Assembly (NCBI GenBank): GCA_964016885.1
Contig: OZ024743.1
Coordinates: 137,702,001-137,766,000, forward strand
Reading direction: 5' to 3'
DNA from: Eledone cirrhosa
Lineage: Eukaryota
Length of the DNA: 64,000 nt
Part shown: positions 14,051 through 27,900 of the stretch, one piece after another
Layout: each line of letters starts with the position of its first letter
How positions within the stretch are numbered: position 1 is the stretch's first letter
Notes under the pieces: model-generated
Database searches by the model: none
Seen by the model: only the letters and a program-made list of their open reading frames with translations
Told to the model about the DNA's origin: nothing
Translations under genes and position numbers: made by a program

Positions 14051-17000
14051 CTTGGTGTTTGATGCTTGGTGATTGGTGCTTGGTTTTTGGTGCTTGGTGT
14101 TTGGTGTTTGGTGCTAGGTGCTTGGTGTTTGGTGCTTGGTGCTTGGTGCTTGGTGTTTGGTGCTTGGTGCTTGGTCTTTGGTGCTTGGTGTTTGGTGTTT
14201 GGTGCTTGGTGCTTGATGCTTGGTGTTTGGTGCTTGGTGCTTGGTGTTTGTTGCTTGGTGCTTAGTGTTTGGTGCTTGGTGCTTAGTGTTTGGTGCTAGG
14301 TGCTTGGTGTTTGGTGCTTGGGACTTGGTGTTTGGTGCCTGGTGCTTGGTGTTTGGTGCTTGGTGCTTGGTGTTTCGTGCCTGGTGCTTGGTGCTTGGTG
14401 CTTGGTGTTTGGTGTTTGGTGCTTGGTGCTTGGTGCTTGGAGTTTGGTGTTTGGTGCTTGGTGCTTGGTGTTTTGTGTTTCGTGTTTGGTTTTTGGTGCT
14501 TGGTGCTTGGTGCTTGGTCCTTGGTGTTTGGTGCTGGGTGCTTTGTGTTTGGTGCTTGGTGCTTGGTGCTTGTTTTGTGTTTGGTGCTTGGTGCTTGGTG
14601 CTTGGTGCTTGGTGCTTGGTGTTTGTACTTGATGCTTGGTGCTTGGTGTTTGGTTCTTGGTTCTTGGTGTTTGGTACTTGGTGCTTGGTGTTTGGTGTTT
14701 GCTGTTTGGTGTTTGGTGTTTGGTGTTTGGTGTTTGCTGTTTGGTGTCTGCTTTTTGGTGTTTAGTGTTTGCTGTATGGTGTTTGGTGTTTGCTGTTTGG
14801 TGTTTGGTCTTTGGTGCTTGGTGTCTGGTGCTTGGTGTTTGGTGCTTGGTGTTTGGTGTTTGGTGCTTGGTGTTTGGTGTTTGGTGTTTGGTGCTTGGTG
14901 CTTGGTGTTTGGTGTTTGGTGTTTGGTGCTTGGTGTCTGGTGCTTGGTGTTTGGTGTTTGGTGATTGGTGTTTGGTGTTTGGTGTTTGGTGCTTGGTGCT
15001 TGGTGCTTGGTGTTTGGTGTTTGGTGTTTGGTGCTTGGTACTTGGTGTTTGGTGCTTGGTGCTGAGTGGTTGGTGTTTGGTGCTTGGTGTTTGGTGCTGG
15101 GTGCTTGGTTTTTGGTCCTGGGTGCTTGGTGTTTGGTGCTTGGTGCTTGGTCTTTGGTGCTTGGTCTTTGGTGCTTGGTGCTTGGTGCTTGGTGTTTGGT
15201 GCTTGGTGCTTAGTGTTTGGTGCTAGGTGCTTGGTGTTTGGTGCTTGGTGTTTGGTGCTTGGTGCTTGGTGTTTGGTGTTTGGTGTTTGGTGCTTGGTGC
15301 TTGGTGTTTGCTGTTTGCTGTTTGGTGTTTGCTTTTTGGTGTTTGGTGTTTGCTGTATGTTGTTTGCTGTTTGGTGTTTGGTGTTTGGTGTTTGGTGTTT
15401 GGTGTTTGGTGTTTGGTGCTTGGTGTTTGGTGCTTGGTGCTTGGTGTTTGGTGCCTGGTGCTTGGTGCTTGATGCTTGGTGTTTGGTGTTTGGTGCTTGG
15501 TGCTTGGTGTTTCGTGATTGGTGCTTATTTTTTTGTGTTTCGTGTTTGGTTTTTGGTGCTTGGTGCTTGGTGCTTGGTCCTTGGTGTTTGGTGCTGGGTG
15601 CTTTGTGTTTGGTGCTTGGTGCTTGGTGCTTGGTGTTTGGTGTTTGCTGCTTGGTGTGTGATGCTTGGTGCTTGGTGCTTGGTGTTTGGTTCTTGGTTCT
15701 TGGTGTTTGGTGTTTTGCGTTTGGTTTTTGGTGCTTGGTGCTTGGTGTTTGGTGCCTGGTGCTTGGTGCTTGGTGCTTGGTGTTTGGTGTTTGGTGCTTG
15801 GTGCTTGGAGTTTGGTGTTTGGTGCTTGGTGCTTGGTGCTTGGTCCTTGGTGTTTGGTGCTGGGTGCTTTGTGTTTGGTGATTGGTGCTTGGTGTTTGGT
15901 GTTTGCTGCTTGGTGTTTGATGCTTGGTGTTTTGTATTTGATGCTTGGTGCTTGGTGTTTGGTGCTTGGTGCTTGGTGCTTGGTGTTTCTACTTGGTGCT
16001 TGGTGCTTGGTGTTTGGTTCTTGGTTCTTGGTGTTTGGTACTTGGTGCTTGGTGCTTGGTGCTTGATGTTTGGTGTTTGGTGCTTGGTGTTTGGTGCTTG
16101 GTGCTTGGTGCTTGGTGCTTGGTGCTTGGTGTTAGGTATTTGGTGCTTGGTGCTTGGTGTTTGGTGCTTGGTGTTTGGTGTTTGCTGTTTGGTGTTTGGT
16201 GTTTGCTGTTTGGTGTTTGCTGTTTGGTGTTTGGTGTTTGCTGTTTGGTGTTTGGTCTTTGGTGCTTGGTGTTTGGTGCTTGGTGTTTGGTGTTTGGTGC
16301 TTGGTGCTTGGTGTTTGGTGTTTGGTGCTTGGTGCCTGGTGTTTGGTGTTTGGTGTTTGGTGCTTGGTGTCTGGTGCTTAGTGTTTGGTGCTTGGTGTTT
16401 GGTGTTTGGTGCTTGGTGCTTGGTGTTTGGTGTTTGGTGCTTGGTGCTTGGTGTTTGGTGCTTGTTGCTTGGTGCTTGATGTTTGGTGCTTGGTGCTTGG
16501 TGTTTGGTGCTGGGTGCTTGGTGCTTGTTATTTGGTTTTTGGTGCTTGGTGCTTGGTGTTTGGTGTTTGGTGTTATATGCTTGGTGTTTGATGCTTGGTG
16601 CTTGGTGCTTGGTGTTTGGTGTTTGGTGTTTGGTGCTTGGTGCTTGGTGTTTGGTGCTTGGTGCTGAGTGGTTGGTGTTTGGTGCTTGGTGTTTGGTGCT
16701 GGGTGTTTGGTGCTGGGTGCTTGGTGTTTGGTGCTTGGTGCTTGGTCTTTGGTGCTTGGTGTTTGGTGCTTGGTGCTTGGTGCTTGGTGTTTGGTGCTTG
16801 GTGCTTGGTGTTTGGTGCTTGGTGCTTGGTGTTTGCTGTTTGCTGTTTGGTGTTTGTTGTTTGGTGTTTGTTGTTTGGTGTTTGCTGTTTGGTGTTTGGT
16901 GTTTGCTTTTTGGTGTTTGGTGTTTGCTGTATGTTGTTTGCTGTTTGGTGTTTGGTGTTTGGTGCCTGGTGCTTGGTCCTTGGTGCTTGGTGTTTGGTGT

Positions 17001-19226
17001 TTGGTGCTTGGTGCTTGGTGCTTGGTGTTTGGTGCTTGGTGCTTGGTGTTTTGTGTTTCGTGTTTGGTTTTTGGTGCTTGGTGCTTGGTGCTTGGTCCTT
17101 GGTGTTAGGTGCTGGGTGCTTTGTGTTTGGTGCTTGGTGCTTGGTGTTTGGTGTTTGCTGCTTGGTGCTTGATGCTTGGTGTTTGGTGCTTGGTGCTTGG
17201 TGCTTGGTGTTTGTACTTGGTGCTTGGTGCTTGGTGTTTGGTTCTTGGTTCTTGGTGTTTGGTGTTTGGCATTTGGTGTTTGGTGCTTGGTGCTTGGTGT
17301 TTGGTGCTTGGTGCTTGGTGTTTGGTGCCTGGTGCTTGGTGCTAGGTGTTTGGTGTTTGGTGCTTGGTGCTTGGTGTTTGGTGCTTGGTGCTTGGTGCTT
17401 GGTGTTTGTACTTGGTGCTTGGTGTTTGGTGTTTGGTTCTTGGTTCTTGGTGTTTGGTACTTGGTGCTTGGTGCTTGGTGCTTGGTGTTAGGTATTTGGT
17501 GCTTGGTGCTTCGTGTTTGGTGCTTGGTGTTTGGTGTTTGCTGTTTGGACTTTGGTGTTTGGTGTTTGGTTTTGCTGTCTGGTGTCTGCTTTTTGGTGTT
17601 TAGTGTTTGCTGTATGGTGTTTGCTGTTTCGTGTTTGGTGTTTGCTGTTTGGTGTTTGGTCTTTGGTGCTTGGTGTTTGGTGCTTGGTGTTTGGTGTTTG
17701 GTGCTTGCTGCTTGGTGTTTGGTGTTTGGTGCTTGGTGCTTGGTGTTTGGTGTTTAGTGTTTGGTGCTTGGTGTCTGGTGCTTGGTGTTTGGTGTTTGGT
17801 GCTTGGTGTTTGGTGTTTGGTGATTGGTGCTTGGTGTTTGGTGTTTGCTGCTTGGTGTTTGATGATTGGTGCTTGGTGTTTTGTGTTTGGTGCTTGGTGC
17901 TTGGTGTTTGGTGCTTGGTTCTTGGTGCTTGGTGTTTGTACTTGGTGCTTGGTGCTTGGTGTTTGGTTCTTGGTTCTTGGTGTTTGGTACTTGGTGCTTG
18001 GTGTTTGGTGTTTGCTGTTTGGTGTTTGGTGTTTGGTGTTTGGTGTTTGCTGTTTGGTGTCTGCTTTTTGGTGTTTAGTGTTTGCTGTATGGTGTTTGGT
18101 GTTTGCTGTTTGGTGTTTGGTCTTTGGTGCTTGGTGTTTGGTGCTCGGTGCTTGGTGTTTGGTATTCGGTGCTTGCTGCTTGGTGTTTGGTGCTTGGTGT
18201 TTGGTGTTTGGTGTTTGGTGCTTGGTGTCTGGTGCTTGGTGTTTGGTGCTTGGTGTTTGGTGTTTGGTGCTTGGTGTTTGGTGTTTGGTGTTTGGTGCTT
18301 GGTGCTTGGTGTTTGGTGTTTGGTGTTTGGTGCTTGGTGTCTGGTGCTTGGTGTTTGGTGTTTGGTGCTTGGTGTTTGGTGTTTGGTGTTTGTTGCTTGG
18401 TGCTTGGTGCTTGGTGTTTGGTGTTTGGTGTTTGGTGCTTGGTGCTTGGTGTTTGGTGCTTGGTGCTGAGTGGTTGGTGTTTGGTGCTTGGTGTTTGGTG
18501 CTGGGTGCTTGGTTTTTGGTCCTGGGTGCTTGGTGTTTGGTGCTTGGTGCTTGGTGCTTGGTGTTTGGTGCTTGGTGCTTAGTGTTTGGTGCTAGGTGCT
18601 TGGTGTTTGGTGCTTGGTGTTTGGTGCTTGGTGCTTGGTGTTTGGTGTTTGGTGTTTGGTGCTTGGTGTTTGGTGCTTGGTGCTTGGTGTTTGGTGTTTG
18701 GTGCTTGGTGCTTGGTGCTTGGTGTTTGGTGTTTGGTGTTTGGTGCTTGGTGCTTGGTGTTTGGTGCTTGGTGCTGAGTGGTTGGTGTTTGGTGCTTGGT
18801 GTTTGGTGCTGGGTGCTTGGTTTTTGGTCCTGGGTGCTTGGTGTTTGGTGCTTGGTGCATGGTGCTTGGTGTTTAGTGCTTGGTGCTTGGTGTTTGGTGC
18901 TTGGTGCTTAGTGTTTGGTGCTAGGTGCTTGGTGTTTGGTGCTTGGTGTTTGGTGCTTGGTGCTGGGTGTTTGGTGTTTGGTGTTTGGTGCTTGGTGCTT
19001 GGTGTTTGCTGTTTGTTGTTTGGTGTTTGTTGTTTGGTGTTTGTTGTTTGGTGTTTGCTGTTTGGTGTTTGGTGTTTGCTATTTGGTGTTTGGTGTTTGC
19101 TCTATGTTGTTTGCTGTTTGGTGTTTGGTGTTTGGTGTTTGGTGTTTGGTGTTTGGTGTTTGGTGCTTGGTGTTTGGTGCTTGGTGCTTGGTGTTTGGTG
19201 CCTGGTGCTTGGTGCTTGATGCTTGG

Positions 19227-22200
19227 TGTTTGGTTTTTGGTGCTTGGTGCTTGGTGCTTGGTCCTTGGTGTTTGGTGCTGGGTGCTTTGTGTTTGGTGCT
19301 TGGTGCTTGGTGCTTGGTGCTTGGTGCTTGGTGCTTGGTGTTTGTACTTGGTGCTTGGTGCTTGGTGTTTGGTTCTTGGTTCTTGGTGTTTGGTGTTTTG
19401 CGTTTGGTGTTTGGTGCTTGGTGTTTGGTGCTTGGTGCTTGGTGTTTGGTGCCTGGTGCTTGGTGCTTGGTGCTTGGTGTTTGGTGTTTGGTGCTTGGTG
19501 CTTGGAGTTTGGTGTTTGGTGCTTGGTGCTTGGTCCTTGGTGTTTGGTGCAGAGTGCTTTGTGTTTGGTGATTGGTGCTTGGTGTTTGGTGTTTGCTGCT
19601 TGGTGCTTGGTGCTTGGTGTTTCTACTTGGTGCTTGGTGCTTGGTGTTTGGTTCTTGGTTCTTGGTGTTTGGTACTTGGTGCTTGGTGCTTGGTGCTTGA
19701 TGTTTGGTGTTTGGTGCTTGGTGTTTGGTGCTTGGTGGTTGGTGCTTGGTGCTTGGTGCTTGGTGTTAGGTATTTGGTGCTTGGTGCTTGGTGTTTGGTG
19801 CTTGGTGTTTGGTGTTTGCTGTTTGGTGTTTGGTGTTTGCTGTTTGGTGTTTGCTGTTTGGTGTTTGGTGTTTGCTGTTTGGTGTTTGGTCTTTGGTGCT
19901 TGGTGTTTGGTGCTTGGTGTTTGGTGTTTGGTGCTTGGTGCTTGGTGCTTGGTGTTTGGTGCTTGGTGCTTGGTGTTTTGTGTTTCGTGTTTGGTTTTTG
20001 GTGCTTGGTGCTTGGTGCTTGGTCCTTGGTGTTAGGTGCTGGGTGCTTTGTGTTTGGTGCTTGGTGCTTGGTGTTTGGTGTTTGCTGCTTGGTGCTTGAT
20101 GCTTGGTGTTTGGTGCTTGGGGCTTGGTGCTTGGTGTTTGTACTTGGTGCTTAGTGCTTGGTGTTTGGTTCTTGGTTCTTGGTGTTTGGTGCTTGGCATT
20201 TGGTGTTTGGTGCTTGGTGCTTGGTGTTTGGTGCTTGGTGCTTGGTGTTTGGTGCCTGGTGCTTGGTGCTTGGTGCTTGGTGTTTGGAGTTTGGTGTTTG
20301 GTGCTTGGTGCTTGGTGCTTGGTCCTTGGTGTTTGGTGCTGGGTGCTTTGTGTTTGGTGATTGGTGCTTGGTGTTTGGTGTTTGCTGCTTGGTGTTTGAT
20401 GCTTGGTGCTTGGTGTTTTGTGTTTGGTGCTTGGTGCTTGGTGTTTGGTGTTTGGTTCTTGGTTCTTGGTGTTTGGTACTTGGTGCTTGGTGCTTGGTGC
20501 TTGGTGTTAGGTATTTGGTGCTTGGTGCTTCGTGTTTGGTTCTTGGTGTTTGGTGTTTGCTGTTTGGAGTTTGGTGTTTGGTGTTTGGTTTTGCTGTCTG
20601 GTGTCTGCTTTTTGGTGTTTAGTGTTTGCTGTATGGTGTTTGCTGTTTCGTGTTTGGTGTTTGCTGTTTGGTGTTTGGTCTTTGGTGCTTGGTGTTTGGT
20701 GCTTGGTGTTTGGTGTTTGGTGCTTGCTGCTTGGTGTTTGGTGTTTGGTGCTTGGTGCTTGGTGTTTGGTGTTTAGTGTTTGGTGCTTGGTGTCTGGTGC
20801 TTGGTGTTTGGTGTTTGGTGCTTGGTGTTTGGTGTTTGGTGATTGGTGCTTGGTGTTTGGTGTTTGCTGCTTGGTGTTTGATGCTTGGTGCTTGGTGTTT
20901 TGTGTTTGGTGCTTGGTGCTTGGTGTTTGGTGCTTGATGTTTGGTGTTTGGTGCTTGGTGTTTGGTGCTTGGTGCTTGGTGCTTGGTGCTTGGTGCTTGG
21001 TGCTTGGTGTTAGGTATTTGGTGCTTGGTGCTTGGTGTTTGGTGCTTGGTGTTTGGTGTTTGCTGTTTGGTGTTTGGTGTTTGCTGTTTGGTGTTTGCTG
21101 TTTGGTGTTTGGTGTTTGCTGTTTGGTGTTTGGTCTTTGGTGCTTGGTGTTTGGTGATTGGTGTTTGGTGTTTGGTGCTTGGTGCTTGGTGTTTGGTGTT
21201 TGGTGCTTGGTGCCTGGTGTTTGGTGTTTGGTGTTTGGTGCTTGGTGTCTGGTGCTTGGTGTTTGCTGCTTGGTGTTTGGTGTTTGGTGCTTGGTGCTTG
21301 GTGTTTGGTGTTTGGTGCTTGGTGTTTGGTGTTTGGTGCTTGTTGCTTGGTGCTTGATGTTTGGTGCTTGGTGCTTGGTGTTTGGTGCTGGGTGCTTGGT
21401 GCTTGTTATTTGGTTTTTGGTGCTTGGTGCTTGCTGTTTGGTGTTTGGTCTTTGGTGCTTGGTGTTTGGTGCTTGGTGTTTGGTGTTATATGCTTGGTGT
21501 TTGATGCTTGGTGCTTGGTGCTTGGTGTTTGGTGTTTGGTGTTTGGTGCTTGGTGCTTGGTGTTCGGTGCTTGGTGCTGAGTGGTTGGTGTTTGGTGCTT
21601 GGTGTTTGGTGCTGGGTGCTTGGTGTTTGGTGCTGGGTGCTTGGTGTTTGGTGCTTGGTGCTTGGTCTTTGGTGCTTGGTGTTTGGTGCTTGGTGCTTGG
21701 TGCTTGGTGTTTGGTGCTTGGTGCTTGGTGTTTGGTGCTTGGTGCTTGGTGTTTGCTGTTTGCTGTTTGGTGTTTGTTGTTTGGTGTTTGTTGTTTGGTG
21801 TTTGCTGTTTGGTGTTTGGTGTTTGCTTTTTGGTGTTTGGTGTTTGCTGTATGTTGTTTGCTGTTTGGTGTTTGGTGTTTGGTGCCTGGTGCTTGGTGCT
21901 TGGTGCTTGGTGTTTGGTGTTTGGTGCTTGGTGCTTGGTGCTTGGTGTTTGGTGCTTGGTGCTTGGTGTTTTGTGTTTCGTGTTTGGTTTTTGGTGCTTG
22001 GTGCTTGGTGCTTGGTCCTTGGTGTTTGGTGCTGGGTGCTTTGTGTTTGGTGCTTGGTGCTTGGTGCTTGGTGCTTGGTGCTTGGTGCTTGGTGTTTGTA
22101 CTTGGTGCTTGGTGCTTGGTGTTTGGTTCTTGGTTCTTGGTGTTTGGTGTTTTGCGTTTGGTGTTTGGTGCTTGGTGTTTGGTGCTTGGTGCTTGGTGTT

Positions 22201-24780
22201 TGGTGCCTGGTGCTTGGTGCTTGGTGCTTGGTGTTTGGTGTTTGGTGCTTGGTGCTTGGAGTTTGGTGTTTGGTGCTTGGTGCTTGGTCCTTGGTGTTTG
22301 GTGCAGAGTGCTTTGTGTTTGGTGATTGGTGCTTGGTGTTTGGTGTTTGCTGCTTGGTGCTTGGTGCTTGGTGTTTCTACTTGGTGCTTGGTGCTTGGTG
22401 TTTGGTTCTTGGTTCTTGGTGTTTGGTACTTGGTGCTTGGTGCTTGGTGCTTGATGTTTGGTGTTTGGTGCTTGGTGTTTGGTGCTTGGTGGTTGGTGCT
22501 TGGTGCTTGGTGCTTGGTGTTAGGTATTTGGTGCTTGGTGCTTGGTGTTTGGTGCTTGGTGTTTGGTGTTTGCTGTTTGGTGTTTGGTGTTTGCTGTTTG
22601 GTGTTTGCTGTTTGGTGTTTGGTGTTTGCTGTTTGGTGTTTGGTCTTTGGTGCTTGGTGTTTGGTGCTTGGTGTTTGGTGTTTGGTGCTTGGTGCTTGGT
22701 GCTTGGTGTTTGGTGCTTGGTGCTTGGTGTTTTGTGTTTCGTGTTTGGTTTTTGGTGCTTGGTGCTTGGTGCTTGGTCCTTGGTGTTAGGTGCTGGGTGC
22801 TTTGTGTTTGGTGCTTGGTGCTTGGTGTTTGGTGTTTGCTGCTTGGTGCTTGATGCTTGGTGTTTGGTGCTTGGGGCTTGGTGCTTGGTGTTTGTACTTG
22901 GTGCTTAGTGCTTGGTGTTTGGTTCTTGGTTCTTGGTGTTTGGTGCTTGGCATTTGGTGTTTGGTGCTTGGTGCTTGGTGTTTGGTGCTTGGTGCTTGGT
23001 GTTTGGTGCCTGGTGCTTGGTGCTTGGTGCTTGGTGTTTGGAGTTTGGTGTTTGGTGCTTGGTGCTTGGTGCTTGGTCCTTGGTGTTTGGTGCTGGGTGC
23101 TTTGTGTTTGGTGATTGGTGCTCGGTGTTTGGTGTTTGCTGCTTGGTGTTTGATGCTTGGTGCTTGGTGTTTTGTGTTTGGTGCTTGGTGCTTGGTGTTT
23201 GGTGTTTGGTTCTTGGTTCTTGGTGTTTGGTACTTGGTGCTTGGTGCTTGGTGCTTGGTGTTAGGTATTTGGTGCTTGGTGCTTCGTGTTTGGTTCTTGG
23301 TGTTTGGTGTTTGCTGTTTGGAGTTTGGTGTTTGGTGTTTGGTTTTGCTGTCTGGTGTCTGCTTTTTGGTGTTTAGTGTTTGCTGTATGGTGTTTGCTGT
23401 TTCGTGTTTGGTGTTTGCTGTTTGGTGTTTGGTCTTTGGTGCTTGGTGTTTGGTGCTTGGTGTTTGGTGTTTGGTGCTTGCTGCTTGGTGTTTGGTGTTT
23501 GGTGCTTGGTGCTTGGTGTTTGGTGTTTAGTGTTTGGTGCTTGGTGTCTGGTGCTTGGTGTTTGGTGTTTGGTGCTTGGTGTTTGGTGTTTGGTGATTGG
23601 TGCTTGGTGTTTGGTGTTTGCTGCTTGGTGTTTGATGCTTGGTGCTTGGTGTTTTGTGTTTGGTGCTTGGTGCTTGGTGTTTGGTGCTTGATGTTTGGTG
23701 TTTGGTGCTTGGTGTTTGGTGCTTGGTGCTTGGTGCTTGGTGCTTGGTGCTTGGTGCTTGGTGTTAGGTATTTGGTGCTTGGTGCTTGGTGTTTGGTGCT
23801 TGGTGTTTGGTGTTTGCTGTTTGGTGTTTGGTGTTTGCTGTTTGGTGTTTGCTGTTTGGTGTTTGGTGTTTGCTGTTTGGTGTTTGGTCTTTGGTGCTTG
23901 GTGTTTGGTGATTGGTGTTTGGTGTTTGGTGCTTGGTGCTTGGTGTTTGGTGTTTGGTGCTTGGTGCCTGGTGTTTGGTGTTTGGTGTTTGGTGCTTGGT
24001 GTCTGGTGCTTGGTGTTTGCTGCTTGGTGTTTGGTGTTTGGTGCTTGGTGCTTGGTGTTTGGTGTTTGGTGCTTGGTGTTTGGTGTTTGGTGCTTGTTGC
24101 TTGGTGCTTGATGTTTGGTGCTTGGTGCTTGGTGTTTGGTGCTGGGTGCTTGGTGCTTGTTATTTGGTTTTTGGTGCTTGGTGCTTGCTGTTTGGTGTTT
24201 GGTCTTTGGTGCTTGGTGTTTGGTGCTTGGTGTTTGGTGTTATATGCTTGGTGTTTGATGCTTGGTGCTTGGTGCTTGGTGTTTGGTGTTTGGTGTTTGG
24301 TGCTTGGTGCTTGGTGTTCGGTGCTTGGTGCTGAGTGGTTGGTGTTTGGTGCTTGGTGTTTGGTGCTGGGTGCTTGGTGTTTGGTGCTGGGTGCTTGGTG
24401 TTTGGTGCTTGGTGCTTGGTCTTTGGTGCTTGGTGTTTGGTGCTTGGTGCTTGGTGCTTGGTGTTTGGTGCTTGGTGCTTGGTGTTTGGTGCTTGGTGCT
24501 TGGTGTTTGCTGTTTGCTGTTTGGTGTTTGTTGTTTGGTGTTTGTTGTTTGGTGTTTGCTGTTTGGTGTTTGGTGTTTGCTTTTTGGTGTTTGGTGTTTG
24601 CTGTATGTTGTTTGCTGTTTGGTGTTTGGTGTTTGGTGCCTGGTGCTTGGTGCTTGGTGCTTGGTGTTTGGTGTTTGGTGCTTGGTGCTTGGTGCTTGGT
24701 GTTTGGTGCTTGGTGCTTGGTGTTTTGTGTTTCGTGTTTGGTTTTTGGTGCTTGGTGCTTGGTGCTTGGTCCTTGGTGTT
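19227..24780 (+). repeat. Near-perfect 2754-bp tandem duplication
   Basis: ORF pairs have a constant 2754 offset (19788/22542, 20036/22790, 20532/23286, 21158/23912). The GCAGAGTGC marker lies at about 19549/22303. 2754 equals 394 units of which four are 6 bp long. Confidence 0.93.
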
Positions 24781-24989
24781 AGGTGCTGGGTGCTTTGTGT
24801 TTGGTGCTTGGTGCTTGGTGTTTGGTGTTTGCTGCTTGGTGCTTGATGCTTGGTGTTTGGTGCTTGGTGCTTGGTGCTTGGTGTTTGTACTTGGTGCTTG
24901 GTGCTTGGTGTTTGGTTCTTGGTTCTTGGTGTTTGGTGTTTGGCATTTGGTGTTTGGTGCTTGGTGCTTGGTGTTTGGTGCTTGGTGCT

Positions 24990-27900
24990 TGGTGTTTGGT
25001 GCCTGGTGCTTGGTGCTTGGTGCTTGGTGTTTGGAGTTTGGTGTTTGGTGCTTGGTGCTTGGTGCTTGGTCCTTGGTGTTTGGTGCTGGGTGCTTTGTGT
25101 TTGGTGATTGGTGCTTGGTGTTTGGTGTTTGCTGCTTGGTTTTTGATGCTTTGTGCTTGGTGTTTTGTGTTTGGTGCTTGGTGCTTGGTGTTTGGTGCTT
25201 GGTGCTTGGTGCTTGGTGTTTGTACTTGGTGCTTGGTGTTTGGTGTTTGGTTCTTGGTTCTTGGTGTTTGGTACTTGGTGCTTGGTGCTTGGTGCTTGGT
25301 GTTAGGTATTTGGTGCTTGGTGCTTCGTGTTTGGTGCTTGGTGTATGGTGTTTGCTGTTTGGAGTTTGGTGTTTGGTGTTTGGTTTTGCTGTCTGGTGTC
25401 TGCTTTTTGGTGTTTAGTGTTTGCTGTATGGTGTTTGCTGTTTCGTGTTTGGTGTTTGCTGTTTGGTGTTTGGTCTTTGGTGCTTGGTGTTTGGTGCTTG
25501 GTGTTTGGTGTTTGGTGCTTGCTGCTTGGTGTTTGGTGTTTGGTGCTTGGTGCTTGGTGTTTGGTGTTTAGTGTTTGGTGCTTGGTGTCTGGTGCTTGGT
25601 GTTTGGTGTTTGGTGCTTGGTGTTTGGTGTTTGGTGATTGGTGCTTGGTGTTTGGTGTTTGCTGCTTGGTGTTTGATGCTTGGTGCTTGGTGTTTTGTGT
25701 TTGGTGCTTGGTGCTTGGTGTTTGGTGCTTGTTTCTTGGTGCTTGGTGTTTGTACTTGGTGCTTGGTGCTTGGTGTTTGGTTCTTGGTTCTTGGTGTTTG
25801 GTACTTGGTGCTTGGTGTTTGGTGTTTGCTGTTTGGTGTTTGGTGTTTGGTGTTTGGTGTTTGCTGTTTGGTGTCTGCTTTTTGGTGTTTAGTGTTTGCT
25901 GTATGGTGTTTGGTGTTTGCTGTTTGGTGTTTGGTCTTTGGTGCTTGGTGTTTGGTGCTCGGTGCTTGGTGTTTGGTATTCGGTGCTTGCTGCTTGGTGT
26001 TTGGTGCTTGGTGCTTGGTGTTTGGGTTTTGGTGCTTGGTGTCTGGTGCTTGGTGTTTGGTGCTTGGTGTTTGGTGTTTGGTGCTTGGTGTTTGGTGTTT
26101 GGTGTTTGGTGCTTGGTACTTGGTGTTTGGTGTTTGGTGTTTGGTGCTTGGTGTCTGGTGCTTGGTGTTTGGTGTTTGGTGCTTGGTGTTTGGTGTTTGG
26201 TGTTTGTTGCTTGGTGCTTGGTGCTTGGTGTTTGGTGTTTGGTGTTTGGTGCTTGGTGCTTGGTGTTTGGTGCTTGGTGCTGAGTGGTTGGTGTTTGGTG
26301 CTTGGTGTTTGGTGCTGGGTGCTTGGTTTTTGGTCCTGGGTGCTTGGTGTTTGGTGCTTGGTGCTTGGTGCTTGGTGTTTGGTGCTTGGTGCTTGGTGTT
26401 TGGTGCTTGGTGCTTAGTGTTTGGTGCTAGGTGCTTGGTGTTTGGTGCTTGGTGTTTGGTGCTTGGTGCTTGGTGTTTGGTGTTTGGTGTTTGGTGCTTG
26501 GTGTTTGGTGCTTGGTGCTTGGTGTTTGGTGTTTGGTGCTTGGTGCTTGGTGCTTGGTGTTTGGTGTTTGGTGTTTGGTGCTTGGTGCTTGGTGTTTGGT
26601 GCTTGGTGCTGAGTGGTTGGTGTTTGGTGCTTGGTGTTTGGTGCTGGGTGCTTGGTTTTTGGTCCTGGGTGCTTGGTGTTTGGTGCTTGGTGCTTGGTGC
26701 TTGGTGTTTGGTGCTTGGTGCTTGGTGTTTGGTGCTTGGTGCTTAGTGTTTGGTGCTAGGTGCTTGGTGTTTGGTGCTTGGTGTTTGGTGCTTGGTGCTT
26801 GGTGTTTGGTGTTTGGTGTTTGGTGCTTGGTGCTTGGTGTTTGCTGTTGCTGTTTGGTGTTTGTTGTTTGGTGTTTGTTGTTTGGTGTTTGCTGTTTGGT
26901 GTTTGGTGTTTGCTATTTGGTGTTTGGTGTTTGCTCTATGTTGTTTGCTGTTTGGTGTTTGGTGTTTGGTGTTTGGTGTTTGGTGTTTGGTGTTTGGTGC
27001 TTGGTGTTTGGTGCTTGGTGCTTGGCGTTTGGTGCCTGGTGCTTGGTGCTTGATGCTTGGTGTTTGGTTTTTGGTGCTTGGTGCTTGGTGCTTGGTCCTT
27101 GGTGTTTGGTGCTGGGTGCTTTGTGTTTGGTGCTTGGTGCTTGGTGCTTGGTGTTTGGTGTTTGCTGCTTGGTGTTTGATGCTTGGTGCTTGGTGCTTGG
27201 TGTTTTGTGTTTGGTGCTTGGTGCTTGGTGTTTGGTGTTTGGTGCTTGGTGCTTGGTGTTTGTACTTGGTGCTTGGTGCTTGGTGTTTGGTTCTTGGTTC
27301 TTGGTGTATGGTGTTTTGCGTTTGGTGTTTGGTGCTTGGTGTTTGGTGCTTGGTGCTTGGTGTTTGGTGCCTGGTGCTTGGTGCTTGGTGCTTGGTGTTT
27401 GGTGTTTGGTGCTTGGTGCTTGGAGTTTGGTGTTTGGTGCTTGGTGCTTGGTGCTTGGTCCTTGGTGTTTGGTGCAGGGTGCTTTGTGTTTGGTGATTGG
27501 TGCTTGGTGTTTGGTGTTTGCTGCTTGGTGCTAGGTGCTTGGTGTTTCTACTTGGTGCTTGGTGCTTGGTGTTTGGTTCTTGGTTCTTGGTGTTTGGTAC
27601 TTGGTGCTTGGTGCTTGGTGCTTGATGTTTGGTGTTTGGTGCTTGGTGTCTGGTGCTTGGTGGTTGGTGCCTGGTGCTTAGTGCTTGGTGTTAGGTATTT
27701 GGTGCTTGGTGCTTGGTGTTTGGTGCTTGGTGTTTGGTGTTTGCTGTTTGGTGTTTGGTGTTTGCTGTTTGGTGTTTGCTGTTTGGTGTTTGGTGTTTGC
27801 TGTTTGGTGTTTGGTCTTTGGTGCTTGGTGTTTGGTGCTTGGTGTTTGGTGTTTGGTGCTTGGTGCTTGGTGCTTGGTGTTTGGTGCTTGGTGCTTGGTG

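Noticed and set aside
883-24247. TATATGC/TATATATGC variants as TATA-box promoters
   Set aside because: They are variant monomers propagated by duplication, with no downstream gene or other promoter context.
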